Both the position numbers and the translations under genes were made by a program. From IMG/VR virus record IMGVR_UViG_2061766007_003026: a stretch of 45,753 nt of DNA, one strand, 5' to 3'. Of this stretch, positions 1 to 8,252 are shown piece by piece (the stretch's first letter is position 1; each line of letters opens with the position of its first letter). Origin of the DNA: an uncultured virus (IMG/VR IMGVR_UViG_2061766007_003026) (lineage: Duplodnaviria > Heunggongvirae > Uroviricota > Caudoviricetes). The notes below the pieces were generated by a model, which did no database searches, had not been told where the DNA came from, and saw nothing but the letters and a program-made list of their open reading frames with translations.

Positions 1-69
1 GAGCCTAATCAACTATGGGTTCAAGGGGTTTCCTCAAACCCACCGGTCTTTAGCCGGTGGGTAGTTGAT
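1..69 (-). ncRNA. 5' part of an IscB omega-RNA / HEARO-like RNA (left end of an IS200/IS605-superfamily element); the rest lies outside the window
   Basis: Minus strand reads ATCAACTA-CCCACCGGCTAAAGACCGGTGGG-TTTGAGGAAACCCCTTGAACCCA-TAGTTGAT-TAGGCTC: IS-end palindrome plus ATCAACTA/TAGTTGAT stem typical of the HEARO 5' end. Confidence 0.7.
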
Positions 70-84
70 TGTTCCGTTCCTTAT

Positions 85-537
85 TTAGTAGGATGGCTTG
101 GGTGATTTCTTCCATTCCTCCGATATTTCCTGCATCCATTTCCACACAACGCCCAGGTCCTTGCAAGAAGTCGAACGCATGTCGTAATTCCGGTCGACAT
201 ACATTCCACCCGGGGCGATGACCACGCGGCTATTCTTCGCGGTGTCGTACCCGAAGTCAACCGTGAACGCGATTGTCCCGTTCCTGTGTGCATGCATTGA
301 CCATCCGCCGGTGTCCTCGATGTCGGACATGCGGCTGACTATGCCCCGAGCGAGGAGTATGACGTCCTTGCTGAAGCTCATCGCGTTGTCGCCGTCCCAG
401 CCCTCGGGCCTTTCGGCGTACTTGTCGAGCTCCTCGTACATGTCCTTGATTTTTCCCTTCTCGTTGGGCCCGGTGGCCCATATCAGGAACACAAAGAATC
501 CGAGGGACGCGAGTATAGTGAAAACTATATACAGCAT
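85..537 (-). CDS. Hypothetical protein with N-terminal transmembrane helix; paralog of 586..1011
   Basis: Hydrophobic N-terminus; shares W[DN]Gx[NE]A, GGW and VWKWM motifs with the neighbour; promoter motif directly upstream. Confidence 0.75.
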   Translation of the reverse strand: MLYIVFTILASLGFFVFLIWATGPNEKGKIKDMYEELDKYAERPEGWDGDNAMSFSKDVILLARGIVSRMSDIEDTGGWSMHAHRNGTIAFTVDFGYDTAKNSRVVIAPGGMYVDRNYDMRSTSCKDLGVVWKWMQEISEEWKKSPKPSY

Positions 538-541
538 AACC

Positions 542-553
542 CAAATATAGCAA
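542..553 (-). promoter_or_regulatory. Repeated promoter element TTGCTATATTTG (also 3323, 7017, 18498, 18573, 25312, 25665, 28525, variant 36777)
   Basis: Eight near-identical intergenic copies plus a variant, most immediately upstream of minus-strand genes or tRNAs; contains TAnnTTTG, the Bacteroidota-type -7 element. Confidence 0.75.
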
Positions 554-555
554 AA

Positions 556-580
556 ATCCGCCGGGAAATCCGGCGGATTC
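556..580. terminator. Intrinsic terminator-like hairpin
   Basis: AATCCGCCGG-GAAAT-CCGGCGGATT followed by a T-run on the minus strand. Confidence 0.6.
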
Positions 581-585
581 TACAC

Positions 586-1011
586 TTATTTGAAACGGCG
601 CCTTCGTCGCATCCATTTCCATACGTTACATATGTCGGTCTCGGTCCGTTCAATCCCATCGCATTCCAATACATAGGAATTCTCGGTTACCTCCACGAAA
701 CAATCGAGCTTCTTGGAACAATGCTCGAACATTATGTTGCCGTCTGCTACCGGGAACACCTCCCATCCGCCCGTAGTGCCGGACATCTCCATGCTGCGGA
801 GGATGTTCCAGGCCATGCTGATGGTCTTCTTGGAAATAGGCTTGGCCTCATACCCGTTCCAGTCTTCGTCTAGGAACGCAAAGAGTTCCAGTTTCCTGCG
901 AACAGTGGCTATGCGGTCGGACTCTGTCTTGGAGCGTTCCTCCCGGAAGCTCCAGAACATGCCCATCCCTATTACGGCGGCCACTACCACCACTATCACT
1001 ATCGTGGTCAT
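586..1011 (-). CDS. Hypothetical membrane-anchored protein; paralog of 85..537
   Basis: N-terminal TM segment, GAGGGG RBS, shared motifs. Confidence 0.75.
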   Translation of the reverse strand: MTTIVIVVVVAAVIGMGMFWSFREERSKTESDRIATVRRKLELFAFLDEDWNGYEAKPISKKTISMAWNILRSMEMSGTTGGWEVFPVADGNIMFEHCSKKLDCFVEVTENSYVLECDGIERTETDICNVWKWMRRRRRFK

Positions 1012-1033
1012 CTCCCCCTCCCAGACAGCTAGT

Positions 1034-1276
1034 TTATCTGAGGTCCTTTCTCAGCTCCCCGAGACCGTCGACTATTTCCCTGGACAGCGCCTGCATTTCC
1101 GGCATGGACTGGGTGAATCCCCTCAGTTCCACCGTGTATGAACGGCAGGGCATGTCCCCGTCGCACGAGTGCAGCGTGATGACCTGCCTGTGCTCGAACG
1201 CGCCGGCGACAAAGTACACCGCCAAGGCGACTACCACGATTAACCCTAATACTTGTAAGAACGTACGGTGCGTCAC
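1034..1276 (-). CDS. Small hypothetical membrane protein
   Basis: AGAGGA RBS, N-terminal hydrophobic helix. Confidence 0.6.
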   Translation of the reverse strand: MTHRTFLQVLGLIVVVALAVYFVAGAFEHRQVITLHSCDGDMPCRSYTVELRGFTQSMPEMQALSREIVDGLGELRKDLR

Positions 1277-1319
1277 GTAATTTTTCCTCTGGTTTGACTG
1301 TCCGGATGCATTTCCCTAG

Positions 1320-1402
1320 CGGAGGACGAGGGACTCGAACCCCCAAGCGGTCGCCCGCGGCGGATTTCAAATCCGCTGACTTACCAATTAGCCTAGTCCT
1401 CC
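1320..1402 (-). tRNA. tRNA-Ser(TGA)
   Basis: Cloverleaf GGAGGAC/GTCCTCC, long variable arm, loop TT-TGA-AA; trailer CTA. Confidence 0.92.
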
Positions 1403-1412
1403 AAACAAACTG

Positions 1413-1598
1413 CTAGAAGTACTGGCTCCGTGAGCGGTTGCGCTTTTCCGCCTCGTTCTTCCCGCGTTCCCTGGCAATCTTCTTCAGGTCCACCCCGCAT
1501 TGCCTGGCGAAAGACCTGGCGGTCTTGTTCTGCTTTGCCCAGCGGGCGTCCTTCTGTTCCTGTGTCTCTTCTACAAATTCGTTCTTGTCTTTTCTCAT
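1413..1598 (-). CDS. Small basic hypothetical protein
   Basis: GAGGT RBS, 61-aa ORF between RNA genes. Confidence 0.6.
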   Translation of the reverse strand: MRKDKNEFVEETQEQKDARWAKQNKTARSFARQCGVDLKKIARERGKNEAEKRNRSRSQYF

Positions 1599-1778
1599 TT
1601 CGTTACCTCACCAGGTAAACTATTCCATTCTATCCAAAAGCTACCGGTACAGGATTTTCGCCTGCATCTCCCGCGGTGTGCTGTCTTCCCTGCCGGGTGG
1701 TTTACACCATTCTGCTGCCGCCGGCGTCCTAAGCACGGGCGATATTAACGCCCGCTCGTTTAGACGAACCGATTATAG

Positions 1779-1850
1779 TAGCGCTGCCGGGAATCGAACC
1801 CGAATCTACAGATTGAGAATCTGGCGAACTGGCCGTTATTCTACAGCGCC
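1779..1850 (-). tRNA. tRNA-Glu(CTC)
   Basis: Cloverleaf, loop TT-CTC-AA; trailer CTA. Confidence 0.9.
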
Positions 1851-2216
1851 ATAAAACCCCGAGTACGTATATAAAACATTACAATATGGGACAAGTGCTC
1901 GGGGCCACCGTTCCCAATTGCTGCACCTGAGCTATATAGCATGTTCCCTGGCAGTGCCTACGTCAAAGGGTCCATGCCTCTCGCAGTCCGTCCGGGAATC
2001 ACCATCGCAACATGGCTATTCCGGTCACCCGCCAACCGTTTTCTCCAAGACATATGACTTCCTTGACTTAGGAAACCAGTCCATCATGAAGAATTGCTTT
2101 TTCGATGACCTTCCGCATTCACCAGGCAGTCACCTACTTGTCCAACAGGTCAGTCACTCCCGTTCCCAGGTCGACTGTGATTCGCTACATCTTGCGGCAT
2201 GTAGCTAACCGCGATA

Positions 2217-2289
2217 AGCCAGATAAGGGACTTGAACCCCTGACCGTCTGCTTACAAAGCAGCTGCTCTACCAACTGAGCTAATCTGGC
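2217..2289 (-). tRNA. tRNA-Thr(TGT)
   Basis: Canonical cloverleaf, loop TT-TGT-AA. Confidence 0.92.
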
Positions 2290-2290
2290 G

Positions 2291-2644
2291 GATTTACCCG
2301 GTGCAAGTCCCCTCGCTATGACTTCCACGTTGCTCCCTTATGGTACCGTTCTTGGGGGAACAGAGATGGCTTGTCCTTACGTGCCGGGTGCACGTCGGCG
2401 ACCTTTTGGCGGGCTTCTTGCACATAGTTGCTGGATTTGCCTACCCGGGACCTGGATGAGTGCCCGGGCTTAGCCCCACTATCAACATTGGACTCGTGCC
2501 TTAACCGTCCTTCGCCCGCGTATTCGCGACAGCTTTCGCAGTAGCGCGTTACCGCCGTTGTTTTTCCCTTGTGCGGGAAAATCTTATCGAAACTCAAAAT
2601 CCCGTGACTTATCCGGTACGGGAACCCGCCAGCACCTTACGATA
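2291..2644 (-). ncRNA. 3' part of a large structured ncRNA candidate (other parts at 9514-9788, 10090-10189, 10729-10882)
   Basis: No credible ORF, many hairpins; 2541-2644 is nearly identical to 9515-9617; abuts tRNA-Thr. Confidence 0.55.
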
Positions 2645-2695
2645 NNNNNNNNNNACCGAGCTTGCTCTTGTCGTTGTCGATTAAAGTCGTCGCCA

Positions 2696-2845
2696 TTATT
2701 TATCCTTTCGTTTAACCGCGTTGCCCCATGGACGGGATACGCGCACGGTTTCAGGGGGCTTTCTGAAGCAGTCCTTACACTCGGGGCCACCCGGGGTCAT
2801 ATAGTAACACCCATTCAATTTCTTTCCGCATATATGGCATTCCAT
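2696..2845 (-). CDS. 49-aa zinc-finger protein (absent from the ORF track)
   Basis: MECHICGKKLNGCYYMTPGGPECKDCFRKPPETVRVSRPWGNAVKRKDK*; CxxC...CxxC, AGGA RBS, TAATG overlap with the next gene. Confidence 0.65.
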   Translation of the reverse strand: MECHICGKKLNGCYYMTPGGPECKDCFRKPPETVRVSRPWGNAVKRKDK

Positions 2846-3339
2846 ATCGATTTCCTATGGGGATACGGGATTACCATTGTGTAGGCTTATCCATTACGGA
2901 GTCTCCTCGGAGTCTCCTGACGAAAAACACTCCGGNNNNNNNNNNAGGTAGGGAAATTCCCCATGAACCACCATATGATGACTCCGGGGCTAACCGGTCT
3001 CCGCAACGCCAAATGCGGGACATTTTATCATCAGTATCATCGAAAAATGCCAAAAGCGTTTACCTGAGCCTGTCTGTATCGGTCACTGGCAGTCGACTGG
3101 CTGAATTTGAGCGGNNNNNNNNNNGACCATCGCGATGGTATAATCATCGAAACTTGAAAAGCGTCAGCCGGTCACATTTCTAGGAGAGTGACATATGAAC
3201 CTTGGTCGCTTAAACGGTCCGACTCCAACCGTTCCCGGCAGCGCTCCGGGTCGCACGGGGGTTATTTGGACGCCATCAACATCCTTATTCGCCCGTCCAA
3301 GTTGATTTCCCTGGACTTATTACAAATATAGCAAAAATG

Positions 3340-3346
3340 ATAAACT
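3340..3346 (+). promoter_or_regulatory. Repeated ATAAACT element, putative phage late promoter (also 4443+, 8127+, 30068+, 36820+, 1031-, 11384-, 13432-, 21077-, 30050-, 31929-, 36795-, 42104-)
   Basis: 13 copies, each about 18-125 nt upstream of a co-oriented gene start; analogous to the T4 late promoter TATAAATA. Confidence 0.65.
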
Positions 3347-3370
3347 CCGGATGTAGTTAAGGAGAATCTT

Positions 3371-4275
3371 ATGCCGAAATTCGATTTCAGGAACGGAATG
3401 ATGATGCCAAGACCGGAACGCCCGGTAGCCCCCCTCGTGGACTGGATTGTACTAAAGACGGGTGCCGACCGGACCAGGATTGACAACATCATCAGGGCCA
3501 ACCGGCATAACCGGCTTGTAATGATGGCGCTATCCGGGGACTACCTGTCCAGGTGTATGCTTCTAAAGCAAATCGGGACCCAATACGAGCTTCCCGGCGG
3601 ATTCGATAAGGCGAACACTCCGGGTGAAGTCGAGGAAGCCGCCAAGCGGTGCAAGGAAGCCCACGAATGCATCGCAAAATGCGCCCGCCCGTTAATCAAG
3701 CCCGAGCAGGTAAATGCAAACCCAGTCGACGAGGCTATGGATGCCGCCTTCGGTAACCCCCTTGTTGAAGTCGTGCAGTACCGCAAGGGGCACAAGAACT
3801 CGAAGGGCGAGGATGCCCCGTGGGTAATCGTGTCATGCAAGACCAAGAAGATACTTTCCTCGCACAAGTCCAAGAAGAAAGCTGACAAACACCTGCAGCA
3901 GATGGAATACTACAAGCATGCAAAAACAGAATCCCTGAGNNNNNNNNNNTGAGGGAAGCCCTCAGGGAAGGATATCGGGTGCTACTCGGGGAGGATGACT
4001 TGGTCACCCGTGGCGGTATCCTGAACGAGAGTATGACACCGGGAAACCTGGAACTGGTAAAGTACTTCCATAACCTCGACATAGAAGGGGAAGAGAATGA
4101 CCGGCCACNNNNNNNNNNGATAGTGTCCTGCAAGACCAAGAAGATACTTTCCTCGCACAAGTCCAAGGAGAAGGCTGACGAGCACCTGCAGCAGATGGAA
4201 TACTACAAGCATGCAAAAACAGAATCCCTGAGGGAAACCCTCAGGGAAGGATATCTGGCGCTACTCGGCGACTAG
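3371..4275 (+). CDS. Hypothetical phage protein (overlapping allelic fragments across gaps), C-terminal WVIVSCKTKKILSSH...HLQQMEYYKH motif
   Basis: AAGGAG RBS; identical C-terminal block seen twice around N gaps; stop at 4275. Confidence 0.65.
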
Positions 4276-4461
4276 GTTATTGTATGTCTTCCCAGGAGTC
4301 GTTCCTGAGCTGATAGTTGATTTCCGGGATGGTCACCTCGTCGTGCTCCGTGTAGCAGTGGTCGTCACCCAAATCTACTTAAATCTATCGGCCGTTTGAT
4401 AACTTTTAGGTTGACATTCAGTATAAAATTTTGTACATTATTATAAACTTAATACAGATAG

Positions 4462-4561
4462 GTTCAATGAATTAGTGGCTTTCTTCATTGAACGACAATG
4501 AGAGACCATTTATGATGGCTCGTTTGATGCTGAAAGCCACAAAAAGTATCGAACGAGCCAT
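4462..4561 (+). promoter_or_regulatory. Two-hairpin kissing-loop leader RNA upstream of tnpB
   Basis: Hairpin-1 loop GTGGCTTTC is complementary to hairpin-2 loop GAAAGCCAC. Confidence 0.7.
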
Positions 4562-4572
4562 TTCTGTATTGT

Positions 4573-6546
4573 ATGAGCAAGCACTGTTGGACCTTGAAGG
4601 ATAAGTTTGAATCGTTGTTCTCCGCTGCGTTCTATCCTATGTTTTTGTCCGACACGAAGCGAGATGAAATCATCCACCGTGCTGAGGAAATTCGTGCAGT
4701 CCGCAACGACATATCGGAGATATTTTTCTCGGATATGCTCGGCTTCCAGGATATGAGCAAGTTCGAGGCGTTCAACTTCTTTAATCCGACATTCAATACA
4801 AGGCTGTCTAGTCACTACTTGAAGAAGGCAATCGAAGATGTATGGAGGGCCTATCAGCTCCGGTTCGATGCCATCCGCAAGAAGATTGAGTTCGTCAAGG
4901 TAGAAGAACTTGTACCATCGTTCTACAAGATAAATACCAAAGGGCACAAGAAAGGCGACCTTAAATCCATAGAACGGCATACCAAGAAGACAGAACTTAC
5001 GAAGGTACTGACTTGGCTTGCCCGTTACGGCAAGGATGAAACCGTCTATTGGCTTGAATCCGTCATTCCGACCGCAGTAGAAGCAAAACGGAAGTTCTAC
5101 AGAATAATCCTTGAAAAGATACACCGGTTCGGTTTCGACCGCCTCATGCGGTTAGCTCTCTCGCGACGAACTGCTGTATTTTCCGAATACGAGAAGAGGG
5201 GCAAGATTACCTTTGAGTCGCTCTCCTTCAGCGGAAGAAGCCGTATCANNNNNNNNNNTCAAATTCTACCACTTGTAGATTGTTGTAGATTTCTGTCAAC
5301 GGTCGATAGCCAAGGTGGTCACGGCAGCGGACTGAAAATCCGACTATGTAGGTTCGGTTCCTACTCCTCCCACTATGCACCATTAGCTCAGTTGGTTTTA
5401 GAGCAGATGCCTCTTAAGCATCGGGTCCAAGGTTCAAGTCCTTGATGGTGCACTAACNNNNNNNNNNTTGAAGTATCATGGGATTGGGATGACCAAGGTT
5501 ACCGTGGTGACAGCAAGAACACGTTATGTATTCCTTTCAAGTACAACAAGGCATACCACCGTTCATTAAACCGCTATTGTAACGGACGTGATACAACCTA
5601 TACTATGGTTGTTAGAGGCAAGGATATCCATGTAGTTCTCGCCCGTAACGGCTACCGCTATAAGAATACTGNNNNNNNNNNAGTCCGAGGAAAGGACATC
5701 CATGTAGTCCTCGCAAGGGACGGCTACCGCTATAAGAATACTGACGAGATTACCGAAGAAAATACCATTGGAATTGATGTAAATTCCAAGCACAACATGT
5801 TCGCATTGAGTACGGGTGAGTTCATCCCGAACGATGATGCCTTGATTGCCGACCTAGAAACCGAACTGCTCAAGATAGACCAGAAACAGAAGAACTACAA
5901 TGCCCGGTTTACCAAGGACGATGAACATGATGCGTTCAAGATTTCCAAGAAGGACAAGACTTGTATAGTGGCTATTACGAACAAATTGAACGAGTCTAAC
6001 AAGCGGACTATCGCTAACCTCTGTAAGACATTTGCTACTAAGGGAATCAAGCACATTGCAATGGAAAACCTTGACGGTTTCCAAGGGAGCAGACTCCATG
6101 CTGATGATTCAAAAGGATTTAATCTGGGAAGGTTGCATCTAAGGACTGGACTGTCCTCATTGAAGGACGAATTCATCCACATTGCGCCTCATTACGGACT
6201 ACTTGTATCGCTTGTACAGCCCGATTATACTTCGAAGATGTGTGGCGAGTGCGGTTGTATCGACGACCGGAACCGCCAGACACAAGAAGAATTTTACTGT
6301 GTTGAATGCCATCATGCGGAGAATGCCGACATTCATTCAGCCAAGAATATTAAATTCCGCCTTACCTCGACCGTGTTAAGAGGGAACCTGCTCGAAAGAG
6401 CAGGGGATAGCGGATATAGGTACTTCCAGCCGAAGAGCTTGTCCAGGTGGCAAGTAAGGACGTGCCTAGAAAAATGCCGTTGCGATGGATTGTTTAAACA
6501 GTCCGTAGAAAATCGTTCAATTCTTACGATGAGTAAGTTTGTGTAG
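4573..6546 (+). CDS. tnpB: TnpB-family RNA-guided nuclease (split by assembly gaps: 4573-5248, 5468-5671, 5682-6546)
   Basis: RuvC-I IGIDVN, RuvC-II IAMENL, YTSKMCGECG...FYCVECH zinc finger, RuvC-III NADIHSAKNI. Confidence 0.88.
5259..5302 (+). mobile_element. Right end of a second, related IS607-like element abutting tRNA-Phe
   Basis: TGTAGATTGTTGTAGATTTCTGTCAACGG resembles TGTAGATTTTAGGCAACGG at 6542-6560. Confidence 0.55.
5300..5372 (+). tRNA. tRNA-Phe(GAA) with a mismatched acceptor stem
   Basis: Loop CT-GAA-AA, D and T arms present; acceptor CGGTCGA/TCCTCCC has 3 mismatches; trailer CTA. Confidence 0.65.
5377..5452 (+). tRNA. tRNA-Lys(CTT)
   Basis: Canonical cloverleaf; trailer CTA. 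Confidence 0.92.
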
Positions 6547-6675
6547 ATTTTAGGCAACGGTCTCCTTGATGACCTTACTGATGTCCAGCTCGTCGGAATT
6601 TCTGTTTCGCGATGTCGTCGAATACCGCCTGGTCCTCGGGTGTCACCGGGTTCATCGTTTTCACGTCTTTCTTCA

Positions 6676-6996
6676 TCAAAAATCATTCTCGCAGGTAAAT
6701 GTGAACTGCTTCTGGGAAAACTCCCCGGAACGCACCGAGACCAGCTTGGACTTGTTTTCCTGGATGAGGTACATATCTCGGCATTTCCACTGCACTCCGC
6801 TGCCGAAGAAATCGGTGTCATAATTGCAGCGTCCATTTACCGAAAGCTGACTATTCTTTTCAACACCTTTCTGGGCGAAATGCGCAAGTGTGTCACCGCT
6901 GCTGATATTGATGATTACGAAATCCGTGCAACGGGTAGCGGACGATACCGCATAAGCGGCCAATAGGCCAATGATAATTTTCTTGATTGTCTTCAT
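6676..6996 (-). CDS. Hypothetical secreted protein
   Basis: Signal-peptide-like N-terminus MKTIKKIIIGLLAAYAVSSA; promoter motif at 7017. Confidence 0.7.
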   Translation of the reverse strand: MKTIKKIIIGLLAAYAVSSATRCTDFVIINISSGDTLAHFAQKGVEKNSQLSVNGRCNYDTDFFGSGVQWKCRDMYLIQENKSKLVSVRSGEFSQKQFTFTCENDF

Positions 6997-7054
6997 ATTT
7001 ATGTTCCTTGTTTCTACAAATATAGCAAAAATGCCCGGACGGCGCCGGGCTTGC

Positions 7055-7309
7055 TCATTTCAGTTCTTTAAGAAGGGGGCATCGGTTGGGAATATCGAAC
7101 TCCCATTCGTATTTCGCCTGGGTCCTGCACCGGTTCTTCCCGTGGGAAGTTTTTTCAACCTCGTAGCTCGCGGTGTTGATGTTGAAGTTCCCCAGTCCGC
7201 AATACTGGCGCCACGAGTGGCCACCCTTGCCCCGGTCGGTTTCACGGAAATGGGGGCACTGTTCGCACCCGGTTATCCCGAACTTTCGCTTTATTTCTTC
7301 CTTGGTCAT
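7055..7309 (-). CDS. Small Cys-rich hypothetical protein
   Basis: CEQCPH...C...IPNRCPL pattern; ATGA overlap with the upstream gene. Confidence 0.7.
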   Translation of the reverse strand: MTKEEIKRKFGITGCEQCPHFRETDRGKGGHSWRQYCGLGNFNINTASYEVEKTSHGKNRCRTQAKYEWEFDIPNRCPLLKELK

Positions 7310-7623
7310 CCTGATATCCTTTCTTCGCTATTTTCGGTTTCGGCAACTATTGTGACGGATAGATACGGCATCATTACCACGCCAGTATTGACAATACCTC
7401 CTCTGTAAGGTTTTCCCTTGTAGGTTACTAGAGCAACATCTGGCTTGGCGTAAATGTCCGAATAGAGTTTAATCCGGGCTTCCTCGGGAAGATTCCGCAT
7501 ATCATCCAGTGTATGCGTATCTTCGCATCGCGTTTTGCACAGTATACGGCGAATGAAATGCAATGATATTGCAACGTAGCATGCAATGTATATATCTTCC
7601 AGTGTATTTTTCATTGTACACAT
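7306..7623 (-). CDS. Hypothetical protein
   Basis: 105-aa ORF coupled to 7055..7309. Confidence 0.55.
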   Translation of the reverse strand: MCTMKNTLEDIYIACYVAISLHFIRRILCKTRCEDTHTLDDMRNLPEEARIKLYSDIYAKPDVALVTYKGKPYRGGIVNTGVVMMPYLSVTIVAETENSEERISG

Positions 7624-7660
7624 ATGAAGAATTCATCCAATATTTTAATTNNNNNNNNNN

Positions 7661-7684
7661 CCGGTTCAAGTCCGACTTGGGAGA
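7661..7684 (+). tRNA. tRNA 3' fragment (5' part in gap)
   Basis: T-arm CGG-TTCAAGT-CCG plus acceptor strand; trailer CTA. Confidence 0.6.
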
Positions 7685-7696
7685 CTACAAAGGACT

Positions 7697-7729
7697 ATGA
7701 ATATGAAACGAAAATACAAACGATTATGA
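7697..7729 (+). CDS. 10-aa mini-ORF MNMKRKYKRL upstream of tRNA-Lys(TTT)
   Basis: AAGGA RBS; same length, position and CGA-TTA-TGA ending as 19769..19801. Confidence 0.6.
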   Translation: MNMKRKYKRL

Positions 7730-7759
7730 TGGTGACAACTGCCTTACCAGTTGCTAAAT

Positions 7760-7831
7760 GCGAGCTTAGTTTAACTGGTAGAATAGTGGACTTTTAATCC
7801 TCGGATGTGGAATCGTTCTCCGCAGCTCGCA
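7760..7831 (+). tRNA. tRNA-Lys(TTT), atypical T-loop ATCGTTC
   Basis: GCGAGCT/AGCTCGC acceptor, loop CT-TTT-AA. Confidence 0.85.
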
Positions 7832-7835
7832 CTTT

Positions 7836-7906
7836 GTACCTATATTGTAGTGGTAACAAGGCGGTCTTCCAAACCGCAATCGCCAGTTCGAACCTGGCTA
7901 GGTACT
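7836..7906 (+). tRNA. tRNA-Gly(TCC)
   Basis: Cloverleaf, U73; trailer CTA. Confidence 0.88.
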
Positions 7907-7915
7907 CTAATTTAT

Positions 7916-8000
7916 AGCTCTGTGGCGGAATTGGCAATACGCGGCGCACTCAAAATGCGTTGTCCGAAAGGACATGTGGGTTCGACTCCCACTTGAGCTA
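7916..8000 (+). tRNA. tRNA-Leu(CAA)
   Basis: Long variable arm, loop CT-CAA-AA; trailer CTA. Confidence 0.9.
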
Positions 8001-8009
8001 CTATTCTAT

Positions 8010-8093
8010 CGGCATGTGGAGTAACTGGTAGCCTCGCTAGATTCAGAGTCTAGTGGCCGAAAGGCCGTGAGGGTTCAAGTCCCTCTTTGCCGA
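8010..8093 (+). tRNA. tRNA-Leu(CAG)
   Basis: Long variable arm, loop TT-CAG-AG. Confidence 0.88.
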
Positions 8094-8135
8094 CGCTTTT
8101 ATAAGAAATGAAATAATTTAGGATATATAAACTGG

Positions 8136-8236
8136 TATATAGAACGGCTTGGTGGAACTCGTCGCTCTATACAAAACGAATTTTAGATGTCCTCGGTGTA
8201 TGCAGAGTTCCACAATATTGCTATACCGAGGACATT
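8136..8236 (+). promoter_or_regulatory. Two-hairpin kissing-loop leader RNA upstream of a homing endonuclease
   Basis: Loop GTGGAACTC pairs with loop GAGTTCCAC; homolog at 20978-21072. Confidence 0.75.
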
Positions 8237-8252
8237 CTTTATTGAGGTTTGT

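Larger units (their letters stand above)
4360..6560 (+). mobile_element. Non-autonomous IS607-like element carrying tnpB (no transposase seen); an unrelated contig is interposed at 5259-5457
   Basis: Both junctions at GG(TC); AAATCTAC/GTAGATTT short repeats near both ends; tnpB fills the element. Confidence 0.6.

Noticed and set aside
3215..3257. Group II intron start (GTGCGACCCGG on the minus strand)
   Set aside because: No domain V/VI or RT ORF visible; it lies close to a promoter and the sequence is cut by gaps.
3828..4275. Apparent tandem gene duplications next to 10-N gaps (also 5605-5741, 10470-11130, 27196-27430, 34293-34906, 35810-36190, 37185-37430, 42117-45680)
   Set aside because: Each copy abuts a scaffold gap and differs mainly by synonymous SNPs: strain alleles co-assembled, not real repeats.
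8187..8252. Longer N-termini given by the ORF track for the endonucleases (8187, 20972, 22775)
   Set aside because: These starts fall inside the leader hairpin, RBS region or a tRNA; better starts are 8253, 20960 and 22727.
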